A stretch of DNA of 64,000 bases, from contig JARRJV010000025.1 of NCBI GenBank assembly GCA_037388825.1, forward strand, positions 21,031 to 85,030, written 5' to 3'. The position numbers and the translations under genes are program-made. Source of the stretch: Acidiferrobacteraceae bacterium. GTDB taxonomy: Bacteria > Pseudomonadota > Gammaproteobacteria > Acidiferrobacterales > JAJDNE01. The notes under the pieces were generated by a model. It was given only the letters and a program-made list of their open reading frames with translations, was not told the DNA's origin and made no database searches. Shown here in pieces: positions 50,266 to 60,287 of the stretch. The stretch's first letter is position 1. Every line of letters begins with the position of its first letter.

Positions 50266-51606
50266 ATGGCAGATTCCACCGGAAAGCGAGAAGGAAGCCT
50301 GGAGGCCCCCACGCGCCACCCCCTGGAGTGGACCGAGGCCGGTTTCTGGAACGAGGATTCCCTGTTCGACGAATTGGAGCGTGTTTTTGACATTTGCCAC
50401 GGCTGCCGCCGTTGCGTGAGTTTGTGCCATTCCTTTCCGACCCTGTTCGATCTGGTGGACGAATCCGACACCATGGAAGTAGACGGGGTCGCCAAAGCGG
50501 ATTTCTGGAAGGTCGTGGATCACTGTTATCTCTGCGACCTCTGCTACATGACCAAGTGTCCCTACGTTCCGCCCCATGAATGGAACGTGGATTTTCCCCA
50601 CCTGATGCTCCGCGCCAAGGCGGTGCGATTCCGCCAGAATGGCGCTAGCCTGCGGGACAAGATGCTCAGCGCTACCGATGTCGTCGGCTCCCTGGCCGGC
50701 ATCCCGGTGATTGCGCAAATCGTGAATGCGGCCAATCACACGGGAATCGCGCGCAAGGCCCTGCAGGCCATTGCAGGAATTGATGCGGATGCGATTGTCC
50801 CGGAATACCACAGCAAGACCCTGCGCAAGTTGTACAAGAATCATGATTCCGGTCTGACTCCCGTGCCCACGGCCGAAACCCGGGGCAAGGTAGCCTTGTT
50901 CGCAACCTGCTACGGGAATCGCAATGAGCCCGAGGTTGGCGCAGACCTCATCAAGGTCTTCGAGCACAACGGAATACCTGTCGTGCTGGCGGAGAAAGAA
51001 CAATGTTGCGGCATGCCCAAGCTGGAACTGGGTGATCTGGAAGCCGTGGCAAGGGCGAAGGAAGCGAACATTCCCGTATTGGTGCAACTGGTCGACGCAG
51101 GTTATGACCTGGTGGCCCCGGTGCCGAGCTGCGCGTTGATGTTCCGTCAGGAACTGCCGCTGATGTTTCCGGACGATCCGGACGTGACCAAGGTGCGCGA
51201 TGCCTTTTTTGATCCCTTCGAATATCTGGCACTGCGGCATCGGGAAGGGAAGCTGAACACGAATTTCAGTCAAAGCCTGGGCAAGGTGGTTTGGCACGTG
51301 CCTTGTCACCAGCGGGTGCAGAACATCGGTCCCAAGACACGCGACATCCTGTCCCTGGTCCCGGACACCGAAATCGAGACCGTGGAACGATGCTCTGGTC
51401 ATGATGGAACCTATGCGGTAAAGAAGGAATTTCACGAGATCTCGATGAAGATCTGCCGCCCGGTTGTTGGGCGAGTGGAAAAGGCCGAACCCGATCACTA
51501 CACCAGCGACTGTCCCATGGCTGGTCATCAAATCGAGAATGGGCTGAAAAACGGAAAGGCACCGGAGCACCCCCTCACCCTGCTGCGTCAGGCCTACGGA
51601 CTATAA
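50266..51606 (+). CDS. (Fe-S)-binding CCG-domain oxidoreductase (HdrD/GlpC-like)
   Basis: Taken from the ATG at 50266. The product has two ferredoxin-type clusters (CHGCRRCVSLC, CYLCDLCYMTKCP). It also has two Cys-rich CCG-type modules (ATCYGN...CCGMP, VPCHQ...CSGHDG). Confidence 0.8.
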   Translation: MADSTGKREGSLEAPTRHPLEWTEAGFWNEDSLFDELERVFDICHGCRRCVSLCHSFPTLFDLVDESDTMEVDGVAKADFWKVVDHCYLCDLCYMTKCPYVPPHEWNVDFPHLMLRAKAVRFRQNGASLRDKMLSATDVVGSLAGIPVIAQIVNAANHTGIARKALQAIAGIDADAIVPEYHSKTLRKLYKNHDSGLTPVPTAETRGKVALFATCYGNRNEPEVGADLIKVFEHNGIPVVLAEKEQCCGMPKLELGDLEAVARAKEANIPVLVQLVDAGYDLVAPVPSCALMFRQELPLMFPDDPDVTKVRDAFFDPFEYLALRHREGKLNTNFSQSLGKVVWHVPCHQRVQNIGPKTRDILSLVPDTEIETVERCSGHDGTYAVKKEFHEISMKICRPVVGRVEKAEPDHYTSDCPMAGHQIENGLKNGKAPEHPLTLLRQAYGL

Positions 51607-51618
51607 CGAGGAACGAAA

Positions 51619-51906
51619 ATGGCAAGCGAAGGCTATCACGAGGAAGTACAGGATCTGTCCGATGAGACGCGCGACATGCATCGCGCGATCGTATCCCTGA
51701 TGGAAGAACTGGAGGCGGTGGACTGGTACAACCAGCGCGTCGATGCGTGCAAGGATCCTGAACTCAAAGCCATCCTCGCGCACAATCGCGACGAGGAGAA
51801 GGAACATGCGTCCATGGTGCTGGAGTGGATCCGTCGCAAGGATCCGCGTTTCGATCATGAGCTGAAAGACTACCTGTTTACCGACAAGGAAATTGCACAC
51901 AAGTGA
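51619..51906 (+). CDS. encapsulated-ferritin-like (EncFtn family) protein lacking a cargo-loading tail
   Basis: 95 aa. HRAIVSLMEELEAVDWYNQRVDACKDPELKAILAHNRDEEKEHASMVLEWIRR closely parallels my recollection of the Rhodospirillum rubrum EncFtn core, including the E...ExxH metal ligands. Confidence 0.75.
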   Translation: MASEGYHEEVQDLSDETRDMHRAIVSLMEELEAVDWYNQRVDACKDPELKAILAHNRDEEKEHASMVLEWIRRKDPRFDHELKDYLFTDKEIAHK

Positions 51907-51950
51907 TGGCGGTCGATACAGGTTTGGGAACACACGTGGAGAATGGCCCT

Positions 51951-52538
51951 ATGTCCCGGAAACTCAAGCGCGAAGATCTGTGGAGTCTCGAAGAGTATGC
52001 CCGCGAGCGGGCCGGGTTCCGCGTCCAGGTGATGGCGCACAAGAAGAATCGTCAGATTCATATCGGCCCGAATGTGACGCTCTATTTCGAAGACCGGATG
52101 ATCATGCAGTACCAGATCCAGGAAATGCTTCGTGCCGAACGGATCTTCGAGGACGAAGGGATCCAGGAGGAGCTGGATGCCTACAATCCGCTCATTCCCG
52201 ACGGCACCAACTGGAAAGCAACTTTCATGATCGAGTTTTCCGACGAGGATGAGCGACGCGACGCGCTTGCCCGCATGGTCGGGATCGAGGACCGTGTGTG
52301 GGTACAGGTTCACGGATTCGACCGGGTCTGGGCCATCGCCGACGAGGATCTGGAGCGCGAAACCGAAGAAAAGACCTCGTCCGTACATTTCCTGCGTTTT
52401 GAGTTGAGTCCGGAGATGATCCAGGCAGTCAAGACAGGTGCGGACATCGGTGTAGGGATCGACCATGATGCCTACCGGTACGGCGTCGATACTCTGGCGG
52501 CTCCAAATCGGGAATCCCTGCTGGACGATTTGAACTAG
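51951..52538 (+). CDS. DUF3501-like protein
   Basis: MSRKLKREDLWSLEEYA...LYFEDRMIMQYQIQEMLRAERIFE...NPLIPDGTNWKATFMIEF resembles DUF3501 as I recall it. Alternative upstream starts at 51903/51906 overlap the preceding stop. Confidence 0.6.
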   Translation: MSRKLKREDLWSLEEYARERAGFRVQVMAHKKNRQIHIGPNVTLYFEDRMIMQYQIQEMLRAERIFEDEGIQEELDAYNPLIPDGTNWKATFMIEFSDEDERRDALARMVGIEDRVWVQVHGFDRVWAIADEDLERETEEKTSSVHFLRFELSPEMIQAVKTGADIGVGIDHDAYRYGVDTLAAPNRESLLDDLN

Positions 52539-52685
52539 CCGGGATCGGGCCGGATGCCCGCGGCCCTTGTCATCTTCGCGGATTCGTGCGAAGTTTTCGC
52601 GCCATGATCAATATACATTCGTGGCGCAGCACATCCGGCCGTCCGGCTCCGTTCACGTTGGTTCACCCGATCTCCTTTTTTCTCC

Positions 52686-54578
52686 ATGGCATCGACATAC
52701 GATTCGTCGGCGATTGAGGTCCTGACCGGCCTGGAGCCGGTGCGCAAGCGTCCGGGGATGTATACCCAGACCGAGCGCCCAAACCATCTGGCGCAGGAAG
52801 TCATCGACAACAGCGTCGATGAGGCCATCGCCGGACACGCGAAGAAGATCGACGTCACGTTGCACAAGGATGGATCGGTGTCCGTATCCGACGACGGGCG
52901 AGGCATGCCGGTCGACAAGCACAAGGAAGAAAAGGTGTCCGGGGTGGAGGTCATCCTGACCCGGCTTCATGCCGGTGGCAAGTTCTCCGGCAAGAATTAC
53001 ACTTTCTCCGGCGGTCTCCACGGAGTGGGCGTATCAGTGGTCAATGCCCTTTCCGAGAAGCTGGAGGTGGAAGTGCGCCGTGGCGGCAAGATCTATCGCA
53101 TGAGCTTTGCCGACGGTCAAAAAACATCGGAACTTCGGGCCTCCGGCAAGTGCAAAGCCTCCGAAAGCGGGACGACGGTGCATTTCTGGCCCGATCCCAA
53201 ATTTTTTGATTCACCCAAGATCAGCGTACCGCGCCTGAAACATGTCATGCGTGCCAAGGCGGTTTTGTGCCCGGGGCTGACCGTCACTTTCCACAATGGC
53301 GGCAACAAGGCCGATGACGAGCAGTGGTACTACGAGGGCGGGCTTTCCGATTACCTATTGTCCGAACTGGAAGGCGAGACCCTGTTGCCGGATACGCCGT
53401 TTACAGGGAACAGCGTCGGAGAACTGGAACAGGTTGATTGGGCGGTGGTGTGGTTGCCGGAGGGTGGGGAACCGGTACTGGAGAGCTACGTCAATCTCAT
53501 CCCGACGGTACAGGACGGTACCCACGTAAACGGATTCCGCAGCGGGTTGACCGAGGCCATGCGTGAGTTCTGCGAGCTGCGCAATCTCTTGCCCAAGGGT
53601 GTCAAGATCGCCCCCGACGATGTGTGGGGCAGATGCAGCTTTGTCCTGTCCCTGAAAATGCAGGATCCCCAGTTCTCCGGGCAGACCAAGGACCGCCTGT
53701 CCTCGCGGGAAGCGGCGGGATTTGTCGCATCCGCGTCGCGCGATGCCTTTGGTCTGTGGCTGAACCAGCACGTGAAGATGGCCGAGGCCATCGCCGAACT
53801 GGTGATTGATAGTGCCCAGGCCCGGATGCGCGCGGGCAAGCGCGTGGAGCGCAAGAAGATCAGTGCGGGACCGGCGTTGCCGGGCAAACTGTCGGATTGC
53901 CTGAGCCAGGACCTGGGGCAGACGGAGTTATTCCTGGTGGAGGGAGATTCCGCCGGTGGTTCGGCGAAGCAGGCACGCGACCGCAACTACCAGGCGGTCA
54001 TGCCGCTGCGCGGCAAGATCCTGAACACCTGGGAAGTCGACCCGGGCGAGGTGTTGGGCTCGAAAGAGGTCCATGACATCGCTGTTGCCCTCGGGGTGGA
54101 CCCCGGCTCCAGCAGACTCGACGGCTTGCGCTACGGCAAGGTGTGCATCCTTGCCGATGCCGACTCCGACGGCGCCCACATTGCGACGCTCCTCTGCGCC
54201 CTGTTTGTGCGTCACTTCCGTTCCCTGGTGCAGGCGGGCCATGTGTATGTCGCCATGCCGCCCCTGTACCGCATCGATATCGGCAAGCACGTGTTCTATG
54301 CCCTGGACGATGCCGAGAAAAAGCAGGTTCTGAAACGAATCGAAGACGAGAAGCTGCGCGGAAAGGTCAATGTGCAGCGCTTCAAGGGACTTGGGGAGAT
54401 GAACCCCTCCCAGCTACGCGAGACCACCATGGCGCCGGATACGCGACGACTGGTCCAGCTGACGGTTCGCGCCGGGGACAACACCAACAAGGTGCTGGAC
54501 ATGCTGCTGGCCAAGAAACGGGCGGCGGACCGCAAGTCATGGCTGGAGAAGAAAGGTAACAAGGCCGAGGTTCTGTAA
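52686..54578 (+). CDS. parE: DNA topoisomerase IV subunit B
   Basis: 630 aa. The short GHKL-TOPRIM type B subunit ([19 protein letters not shown]) ends ...[18 protein letters not shown].... parC follows. Confidence 0.92.
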   Translation: MASTYDSSAIEVLTGLEPVRKRPGMYTQTERPNHLAQEVIDNSVDEAIAGHAKKIDVTLHKDGSVSVSDDGRGMPVDKHKEEKVSGVEVILTRLHAGGKFSGKNYTFSGGLHGVGVSVVNALSEKLEVEVRRGGKIYRMSFADGQKTSELRASGKCKASESGTTVHFWPDPKFFDSPKISVPRLKHVMRAKAVLCPGLTVTFHNGGNKADDEQWYYEGGLSDYLLSELEGETLLPDTPFTGNSVGELEQVDWAVVWLPEGGEPVLESYVNLIPTVQDGTHVNGFRSGLTEAMREFCELRNLLPKGVKIAPDDVWGRCSFVLSLKMQDPQFSGQTKDRLSSREAAGFVASASRDAFGLWLNQHVKMAEAIAELVIDSAQARMRAGKRVERKKISAGPALPGKLSDCLSQDLGQTELFLVEGDSAGGSAKQARDRNYQAVMPLRGKILNTWEVDPGEVLGSKEVHDIAVALGVDPGSSRLDGLRYGKVCILADADSDGAHIATLLCALFVRHFRSLVQAGHVYVAMPPLYRIDIGKHVFYALDDAEKKQVLKRIEDEKLRGKVNVQRFKGLGEMNPSQLRETTMAPDTRRLVQLTVRAGDNTNKVLDMLLAKKRAADRKSWLEKKGNKAEVL

Positions 54579-54657
54579 TTCATGGCGACCCGGAAGAAAA
54601 AAGCGGCGAAGAAATCCGCGAAGAAAAAGGCCGCGCGCAAGACTGATCGTCTATGCC

Positions 54658-56745
54658 ATGTCCGAACTGGGCCTGAACGCCGCCGCCAAGTACAAGAAGT
54701 CAGCGCGCACCGTAGGTGACGTATTGGGCAAGTTCCATCCCCATGGTGATACGGCCTGCTACGAGGCCATGGTGCTCATGGCCCAGCCCTTCAGCTATCG
54801 CTATCCACTGGTGGACGGACAGGGCAACTGGGGATCGCTGGACGATCCAAAGTCGTTTGCCGCCATGCGCTATACCGAGGCTCGGCTAGCCCGTTATTCA
54901 CAGGTCCTGTTGTCGGAACTGGGGCAGGGGACGGCGGATTGGGTGCCCAACTTCGATGGTACGCTGGAAGAACCCCGCGTATTGCCCGCACGCCTGCCCA
55001 ACGTGCTGCTGAACGGAACCACCGGCATCGCTGTGGGTATGGCTACCGACATTCCGCCGCACAATCTGCGCGAGGTCGGGGCCGCCTGCGTACAGCTGCT
55101 GGAGAAGCCGTCCAGCAGCATTGCCGATCTGTGCAAACACATTCAGGGACCGGACTTCCCTACCGATGCGGAAATCATCACGCCGCAACGCGAGATCCGG
55201 GAGATTTACGAGAGCGGCAATGGCACGGTTCGCATGCGTGCGCACTGGCGCCAGGAGGAGGGCGAAATCGTGGTTGACGCCCTGCCGTACCAGGTCTCCA
55301 GTGGCAAGATTCTGGAACAGATCGCCGCCCAGATGCAGGCCAAGAAACTGCCCATGGTTGAAGACCTGCGCGACGAATCGGACCAGGAGCATCCGGTCCG
55401 TCTCGTTATCGTTCCCCGCTCGTCCCGGGTCGATGCCCAGCAGATGATGTCCCATCTCTTCGCCACCACGGATCTCGAGCGCAACTATCGCGTCAATCTG
55501 AACATCATTGATCTGACCGGTCGCCCGCGGGTGTACAACCTGCGTGATTTGCTCCGCGACTGGATCGATTACCGGCTCGAGACCGTACGAAGGCGCCTGC
55601 AGTATCGCTTCGACCGCGTCGTCGCGCGATTGCATGTCCTGGAAGGCCTGATGCTGGCCTACCTGAACCTGGACGAGGTGATTCGCATCATTCGTACCGA
55701 GGATGAGCCAAAACCGAAACTGATCAAGCGATTCAAGCTCACGGACATCCAGGCGGAAGCGATCCTGGAAACGCGGTTGCGGCACCTGGCCAAACTCGAG
55801 GAAATGAAGATCCGCGGCGAGCAGGAAGAGTTGACAGTAGAACGGGACAGTCTGGACAAGATTCTCAAGTCCAAAACGCGCCTCAGAACGCTGGTGAAAA
55901 ACGAAATCAAGGACGATATGCATGAGTTTGGCGACGAACAACGCTCGCCTATCGTCGAGCGCGAAGCGGCACAGGCCATCGATCAGGCATCGTTGTTGCC
56001 CACGGAACCGATTACCGTTGTTCTTTCACAAAAGGGTTTCGTGCGTGCGGCACGCGGGCACGAGATTGACCCTCGTTCCCTGTCCTACCGTTCCGGGGAC
56101 GAATATCTGCACCACGCCCGCGGGCGAAGCAATCAACTGGCAATCTTCATCGATTCGACCGGCCGTGCGTATTGCCAGCCGGCACACAAACTGCCTTCGG
56201 CCCGGGGGCAGGGAGATCCGGTGGCGAGCTACTTCAATCCGCCTCCGGGCGCGACCTTCGCCGGTGTAATCATGGGGCAGCCGGACGACCTGTATCTACT
56301 CTCAACGGATTCCGGCTACGGCTTTGTCGCCCGTCTGGAAGACCTGCTGACCCGGACCCGCAACGGCAAGGCGGTCCTGAAGGTGCCCAAGGGTGCACGC
56401 GTTCTGCCACCGCAAAGGGTCATGAGCCATGAAGAAGACTGGGTCGCGGCAGTGACCAATACCGGGCGCTTGTTGACCTTCATGATCGGTGAGCTGCCGG
56501 CCATGGCCCGCGGCAAGGGAATCAAGATCATCAACGTCCCGACCAAGAAAGCCGCGGCACGGGAAGAGTTCGTCGTTTCCGTTTGTGTGTTTCCGGAGGA
56601 CAAGGGATTGACGGTCTATGCCGGACAGAAGAAGCGGGTCCTTACGGTAGACGATCTGGATCAGTTCATCGGCGAGCGGGGCCTGCGTGGCAGCAAACTG
56701 CCCAAGGGCTACCAGAAGGTTGAGCGGATGGAGGTCACGGAATAG
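54658..56745 (+). CDS. parC: DNA topoisomerase IV subunit A, apparently 5'-truncated (conserved N-terminal ~35-50 aa missing)
   Basis: The ORF begins at [31 protein letters not shown].... This aligns to about residue 49 of E. coli ParC and about residue 55 of P. aeruginosa ParC as I recall them. The active-site AAMRYTE is present. Only 79 nt separate it from the parE stop. Confidence 0.8.
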   Translation: MSELGLNAAAKYKKSARTVGDVLGKFHPHGDTACYEAMVLMAQPFSYRYPLVDGQGNWGSLDDPKSFAAMRYTEARLARYSQVLLSELGQGTADWVPNFDGTLEEPRVLPARLPNVLLNGTTGIAVGMATDIPPHNLREVGAACVQLLEKPSSSIADLCKHIQGPDFPTDAEIITPQREIREIYESGNGTVRMRAHWRQEEGEIVVDALPYQVSSGKILEQIAAQMQAKKLPMVEDLRDESDQEHPVRLVIVPRSSRVDAQQMMSHLFATTDLERNYRVNLNIIDLTGRPRVYNLRDLLRDWIDYRLETVRRRLQYRFDRVVARLHVLEGLMLAYLNLDEVIRIIRTEDEPKPKLIKRFKLTDIQAEAILETRLRHLAKLEEMKIRGEQEELTVERDSLDKILKSKTRLRTLVKNEIKDDMHEFGDEQRSPIVEREAAQAIDQASLLPTEPITVVLSQKGFVRAARGHEIDPRSLSYRSGDEYLHHARGRSNQLAIFIDSTGRAYCQPAHKLPSARGQGDPVASYFNPPPGATFAGVIMGQPDDLYLLSTDSGYGFVARLEDLLTRTRNGKAVLKVPKGARVLPPQRVMSHEEDWVAAVTNTGRLLTFMIGELPAMARGKGIKIINVPTKKAAAREEFVVSVCVFPEDKGLTVYAGQKKRVLTVDDLDQFIGERGLRGSKLPKGYQKVERMEVTE

Positions 56746-56885
56746 ACATCGGATCGTGACCGGTGCTTGCACACAGGCTGTTTCCATCCGGAAGAAAGGA
56801 ATATCATTGTGGGCTTTGTCGTCGCCGGAATGAATCGACGTTGCGGTTACCGGCCTCCGGAAGTGCCAGCATCAGGGGCAGGACC

Positions 56886-58040
56886 ATGTCACGGAAATTT
56901 CGCTTTTTCCAAGTCCTTTTGATCCTCAATCTGGCCGCCACGGCGCGGGCTGTGGCGGATCTCCCCCAGGCGATCGACCAGCAGAACCTGAATCTCGCCG
57001 CCACAAGGACGGGCGGTGCGCCCGCATCGAACTACCTCGAAAATGCGTCCACTCCGGAACCCTACAAAAGCGGCTGGGAATTCGTCCTCGACAACGATGC
57101 CTTCTCCCTGCTACGCCGGGATTCGGACTACACGGGCGGGTTCATGCTCAGCCTGTCCGGCCATCGCGCGGCCGAGTATCCCTATTCGATCGATCCCTGG
57201 CTTAGCCGGCTGGACCAATGGACCGGTCTCGATAGCCTGAAGGATGTCCCCGGTGCGCGCCAGACACACAACATTGTTTTTGGCCTCGCTTCCTACACGC
57301 CAAAAAACATCCAGCTTGCGACACCAATTTACAATGAGCGTCCCTATGCGAGCGTGCTGTTCATGGCCAACAGCCAGCAGACGGTCATTCCAGAACAGGA
57401 AGTTGCCCATCAGACCACGCTGACGCTTGGGGTCCTGGGTCTGAAGGTAGCCAAGGACTTGCAGGATGCTATCCACAGCGCACTCGGCCAAAATGGCGCC
57501 TCCGGATGGGACAACCAGATCTCGAGTGGCGGCGAACTCACTGCTCGCTACACGGTCTCCGCGCAGCGCGCCTACATGACAAAATATAATAATCCGGAGC
57601 GCGACATCGATGTTGTCCGTACCATGGACGCGAGCATCGGCTATAAGACCGATTTTGGAGCGGGACTGGCGTTTCGCATCGGACGCATCCGTTCCACGTG
57701 GTGGTCATACAATCGAAGTCAGCCGGACTATCTCAATATGGTATCGCCCGTATTGCGGAGCGGATCGAAACCCCGCGATGAGTTCTTTCTTTGGGGGGGT
57801 ATCAACGCCCGGGTGCAGTTATACAACGCATTGTTGCAGGGGCAGTTCCGCGACAGTGCCGTGACCTTTTCCTGGGAACAACAAAATCACTTCCTGTTGA
57901 GCGGGTGGCTTGGACTCAATCGGCAGTACCGCAACGGTTTGCGCGTCGCCTTTGTCATTCGGGCAAACACTCCGGAACTGAATACAGCCACGGAGCATAC
58001 GGACCTTTGGGGAAGCTTCATCGTGGGCCGTTCGTTCTAG
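56886..58040 (+). CDS. outer-membrane lipid A deacylase LpxR-family (DUF2219) protein
   Basis: Taken from MSRKFRFFQVLLILNLAATARAVA (signal peptide). The DNDAFSLLRRDSDYTGG motif and beta-barrel character are typical of the family as I recall it. Confidence 0.6.
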   Translation: MSRKFRFFQVLLILNLAATARAVADLPQAIDQQNLNLAATRTGGAPASNYLENASTPEPYKSGWEFVLDNDAFSLLRRDSDYTGGFMLSLSGHRAAEYPYSIDPWLSRLDQWTGLDSLKDVPGARQTHNIVFGLASYTPKNIQLATPIYNERPYASVLFMANSQQTVIPEQEVAHQTTLTLGVLGLKVAKDLQDAIHSALGQNGASGWDNQISSGGELTARYTVSAQRAYMTKYNNPERDIDVVRTMDASIGYKTDFGAGLAFRIGRIRSTWWSYNRSQPDYLNMVSPVLRSGSKPRDEFFLWGGINARVQLYNALLQGQFRDSAVTFSWEQQNHFLLSGWLGLNRQYRNGLRVAFVIRANTPELNTATEHTDLWGSFIVGRSF

Positions 58041-58056
58041 GCCCGGGCTTTCTGCC

Positions 58057-58305
58057 TCACGTGTTCGCGGGGCGTCGTATCATCTCGTACAGTTTGTCCT
58101 TCAGGTGTACCCGGCGCATCTTGAGCGGCTCGAGGTACTCGTCTGATGTGGGTTCAATATCCTGTTCGTGCCGGTAGATCTCCTGATCTACATCGTGGTA
58201 TTCGTCGAACAATTCACGAAATTCCGGATCACTGACCTTGAGTTCGTGGATACGGTCCTGGTATTCGGGGAATTCGCGAACCAGCGGGTGGTGTTCAAGC
58301 GTCAT
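58057..58305 (-). CDS. DUF465 (YdcH-like) small protein
   Basis: Taken from the ATG at 58305: MTLEHHPLVREFPEYQDRIHELKVSDPEFRELFDEYHDVDQEIYRHEQ.... Confidence 0.75.
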   Translation of the reverse strand: MTLEHHPLVREFPEYQDRIHELKVSDPEFRELFDEYHDVDQEIYRHEQDIEPTSDEYLEPLKMRRVHLKDKLYEMIRRPANT

Positions 58306-58467
58306 GGGGTCAGTCCTCAGTTGCGTTTTTCTGATTGCCAAAATAGCATAGTCGTGCCTATATCGTACTTGTCACGGATCAATTTCCATCGTAGCGGGCA
58401 TGGGCTTCTCCTGGTTGTGGGACCCGGGCCGCACGCGAAGGTAGTTACCAAGGCGGAGACCTGGCTC

Positions 58468-58788
58468 GTGAAACTGGGAATCGTTATCTATTCAGGGGAT
58501 CCGGAAACGGTGTGGAACGGATTCCGGCTGGGCTTGCTGGCCTTGAGTGCCAATGATTCAGTCAGTGTCTTTCTACTGGCCAAGGGAGTGGAGGCCGAGC
58601 TCATGGATACGGAACAATACGTCGTTTCGGAAAAACTGGTGGAGTTCGTCGAAGCCGGAGGCAAGGTAATGAGCTGTGGTACCTGTCTCGTGGCCCGTTC
58701 GCTCGATGCTTCCAAGTACTGCAAGTCGGCAACCATGGGATCGCTCTACGACTTGATCAAGGAATCAGACAAGGTCATCTCCTTGTAG
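58468..58788 (+). CDS. DsrE/DsrF-like family protein
   Basis: The GTG at 58468 gives VKLGIVIYSGDPETVWNGFRLGLLALSANDSVSVFLLAKGVE...MSCGTCLVAR...DKVISL. The track ORF from 58168 is an extension antisense to DUF465. Confidence 0.65.
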   Translation: MKLGIVIYSGDPETVWNGFRLGLLALSANDSVSVFLLAKGVEAELMDTEQYVVSEKLVEFVEAGGKVMSCGTCLVARSLDASKYCKSATMGSLYDLIKESDKVISL

Positions 58789-58855
58789 CCAGCCCCGGAT
58801 GCAAATCCGGGTTGCGGGGCCAGGACCGCTCTCCCTTCAATCAGATTCTATGCCC

Positions 58856-59635
58856 ATGCGAATCGCCGCTATTGTTGAGTACGACGGTTCCGCGTTCCGT
58901 GGCTGGCAGTTGCAGTCGGGTGTGCGCACGGTCCAGGAAGTCCTCGAGAAGGCACTGGCATATGTGGCCGATGCTCCCGTGCGCGTGATCACGGCGGGGC
59001 GCACGGACACGGGTGTCCATGCCACCGGCCAGGTGGTGCACTTCGATACCGAGGCGGTACGCGATCCCCATGCATGGGTTCGCGGTACCAACAGCCGCTT
59101 GCCGAAGGATGTCGCGGTCTTATGGGCGGGAGAGGTGGGGGAGGATTTTCACGCCCGGTTTTCAGCCACCGGCAGGCACTATCACTATTGCATTCTCAAC
59201 CGGCCGGTACGGCCAACGTATCTCGCCGGGCGTGTGAGTTGGGACTATCGTCCATTGGATGTTGACCCCATGCAGGCCGCGGCCGCGACTCTGCTTGGCT
59301 CCCACGATTTCTCCTCCTATCGCGCGGTCCAGTGCCAGGCGAAGAGCCCGGTGCGCGAATTGCGCGCACTGGATGTTTGGCGGACACGGGATCGGGTGAT
59401 CATCCACGCCTACGCCAACGCCTTTCTGCACCATATGGTGCGCAACATCGCCGGCGTGTTGTGTACCATCGGCGCCGGCGAGCGGCCGCCGGAATGGGCG
59501 CGGGAAGTGCTGGAGGCGCGCGATCGAACCACTGGCGGGATCACCGCCTCCCCGGACGGGCTCTACCTCACGCAGGTGGAATACCCGGAAGTCCACGGAA
59601 TCCCGCAACTTTCGTCCGATCCCGGGCTCTGGTAA
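58856..59635 (+). CDS. truA: tRNA pseudouridine(38-40) synthase
   Basis: MRIAAIVEYDGSAFRGWQ...AGRTDTGVHA contains the catalytic Asp motif. The start could instead be at 58850. Confidence 0.9.
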   Translation: MRIAAIVEYDGSAFRGWQLQSGVRTVQEVLEKALAYVADAPVRVITAGRTDTGVHATGQVVHFDTEAVRDPHAWVRGTNSRLPKDVAVLWAGEVGEDFHARFSATGRHYHYCILNRPVRPTYLAGRVSWDYRPLDVDPMQAAAATLLGSHDFSSYRAVQCQAKSPVRELRALDVWRTRDRVIIHAYANAFLHHMVRNIAGVLCTIGAGERPPEWAREVLEARDRTTGGITASPDGLYLTQVEYPEVHGIPQLSSDPGLW

Positions 59636-59666
59636 AGTGCGCCGTTCCTGAAATCCGGGTGATTTC

Positions 59667-60287
59667 ATGCGCGTTCGCGTCAAGATCTGCGGAATTACGC
59701 GTCTCGAAGACGCGCTCGCGGCGGTACAATACGGGGCAGACGCCATCGGTTTTGTGTTCGATTCCGGCAGCCCCAGGTTCATCGACGGGGAAAAAGCTGC
59801 CGATATCGCCGGCGCCCTGCCACCGTTCGTGACGAAGACCGGTTTGTTTGTAGACGCCGACGCGGGATTCGTCCATCGCATGCTCGAACAGGTCCCTCTG
59901 GACTTGCTGCAGTTTCACGGCGAGGAAGAATCCGGGTATTGCGGCCGGTTTCGGCGACCCTATATCAAGTCTGTGGCCATGAATGCGGATGTGGACCTTG
60001 CGGCCGTGGCGACCGTCTATTCCGATGCGTCGGCCCTGTTGCTTGATGCATCAGTCCCCGGCATCCCCGGTGGCACGGGCGAGCGGTTCGACTGGAGCCT
60101 CGTACCCGCCGATGCCAGTGCACCCATCATACTGGCCGGCGGTTTGACTCCGGAGAACGTGGGCGAGGCGATCGCCAGCGTGCGTCCCTATGCGGTCGAT
60201 GTCAGTAGCGGCGTGGAGCGGGAAAAGGGAATCAAGGATGCGGCACGCATCGAGGCATTCATGCAAGAGATAGGTCGTTTGTCATGA
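59667..60287 (+). CDS. trpF: phosphoribosylanthranilate isomerase
   Basis: 206 aa. VKICGIT..EDA and LAGGL.PENV motifs. The gene lies upstream of trpBA. Confidence 0.9.
   Translation: MRVRVKICGITRLEDALAAVQYGADAIGFVFDSGSPRFIDGEKAADIAGALPPFVTKTGLFVDADAGFVHRMLEQVPLDLLQFHGEEESGYCGRFRRPYIKSVAMNADVDLAAVATVYSDASALLLDASVPGIPGGTGERFDWSLVPADASAPIILAGGLTPENVGEAIASVRPYAVDVSSGVEREKGIKDAARIEAFMQEIGRLS

Noticed and set aside
54582-54719. The Lys-rich 45-codon ORF as an independent histone-like or HU-like small protein gene.
   Set aside because: Its second half simply reads parC out of frame (…[23 protein letters not shown]). The basic first half is more economically explained as a displaced or frameshifted parC leader.
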